Shown in pieces: positions 63,386-64,000 of a stretch of 64,000 nucleotides of DNA. This DNA comes from an uncultured delta proteobacterium (lineage in GTDB: Bacteria; Desulfobacterota; Zymogenia; Zymogenales; Zymogenaceae), in contig CAVTLK010000001.1 of assembly GCA_963735595.1 (NCBI GenBank), forward strand, positions 736,001 to 800,000, written 5' to 3'. The translations under genes and the position numbers were made by a program. The first letter of the stretch is position 1; every line of letters starts with the position of its first letter. Under the pieces are notes generated by a model, which saw only the letters and a program-made list of their open reading frames with translations, did not search any database and was not told where the DNA came from.

Positions 63386-64000
63386 TTAGAAACCGTAGCT
63401 GCCCCACGCGGCCGAAAGCCGCGCCTCCCGCGCCTTCTGCGCCACCCCCAGGAGATATCGATCTCTCATCCAACGGTCCCGTGTCTCGGCGTCCGTCTTC
63501 TCCCAGAGCGGCTCGATGTCGACAATAAACCGTTCAAAGCAGTCCGTAAATCCGGCCAGCGCCAGGTGAGTCGCCGGCAGGAGAGGATCTCCGGCCGCCA
63601 GCGCCCCGGCGGCGGTTATCAGGGCCAGCAGTCTTTGACAGGTCTCTCTCGGCCACGAAAAGAGCAGCGCCACCCGCACCAGGTGACCCATGACCGCGCC
63701 GAGGACATGTACGTCCTCGATGGTGCGAAACGGCTTAATGTAATCGGCGTACCCGTCTCCGGGAAGGATATCGCACTCGTCAACCGGGGTCTCGACAAAC
63801 GACACGACCCCGTGGCTGATCTCCGGGACAAACGGAAGGTCAGGCATCGGGGTAACGGTCACCCCGGCGCGGTTTCGCTCCACCAGTGCCATCCTGATCC
63901 GGTTCTTTCCGTCGTCGTCGGTCCCGGCGGACGCCGCGACCATCAGGATTTCGGCCTCGAGCGCGGCGGTGATGAAGCTCTTTTCCCCCGTAAGGGTAAA
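63386..64000 (-). CDS. Acyl-CoA dehydrogenase family protein, C-terminal part; start lies beyond the window
   Basis: Frame is open from 64000: FTLTGEKSFITAA (middle-domain G-x-K-x-F-I-T), then KPFRTIED. Confidence 0.75.
   Translation of the reverse strand, partial: FTLTGEKSFITAALEAEILMVAASAGTDDDGKNRIRMALVERNRAGVTVTPMPDLPFVPEISHGVVSFVETPVDECDILPGDGYADYIKPFRTIEDVHVLGAVMGHLVRVALLFSWPRETCQRLLALITAAGALAAGDPLLPATHLALAGFTDCFERFIVDIEPLWEKTDAETRDRWMRDRYLLGVAQKAREARLSAAWGSYGF

Overview
GC-rich bacterial chromosomal window from a probable anaerobe. The 16S sequence and gene content suggest a Deltaproteobacteria/Desulfobacterota-like organism (inference, not database-checked). From left to right it holds: a CDF transporter N-terminus; a prokaryotic pentameric ligand-gated ion channel next to a free exported Cache-domain protein; an AT-rich orphan SF1/UvrD helicase; a complete rrn operon on the minus strand (16S, tRNA-Ile, tRNA-Ala, 23S, 5S) with tandem sigma70 promoters; an active ketosynthase plus a catalytically dead (CLF-like) partner followed by two acyl-CoA ligases; a REP cluster and an AT-rich Zn-ribbon/PIN islet; tRNA-Leu and ribF; exported proteins; a TetR-linked module (ATC-hydrolase-like protein, SdhA-fold flavoprotein with a rebuilt active site, mini 2Fe-2S subunit, MFS, cysteine desulfidase-like enzyme); corA and azlCD; a ~13 kb redox/oxygen-defence region; and an IolD-like/aldehyde dehydrogenase/dihydroxy-acid dehydratase cluster. 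The redox region includes a UGA-recoded UxxC selenoglutaredoxin truncated by the ORF track, a rubredoxin missed by it, desulfoferrodoxin, Tpx behind a PerR/Fur-like box, Grx-TrxR and ISF-ArsC fusions, and a minimal sufC-sufB pair. Several genes, mostly at 12.6-18.3 kb, carry single-base frameshifts that look like sequencing/assembly errors. No CRISPR array, integrase or transposase was found.
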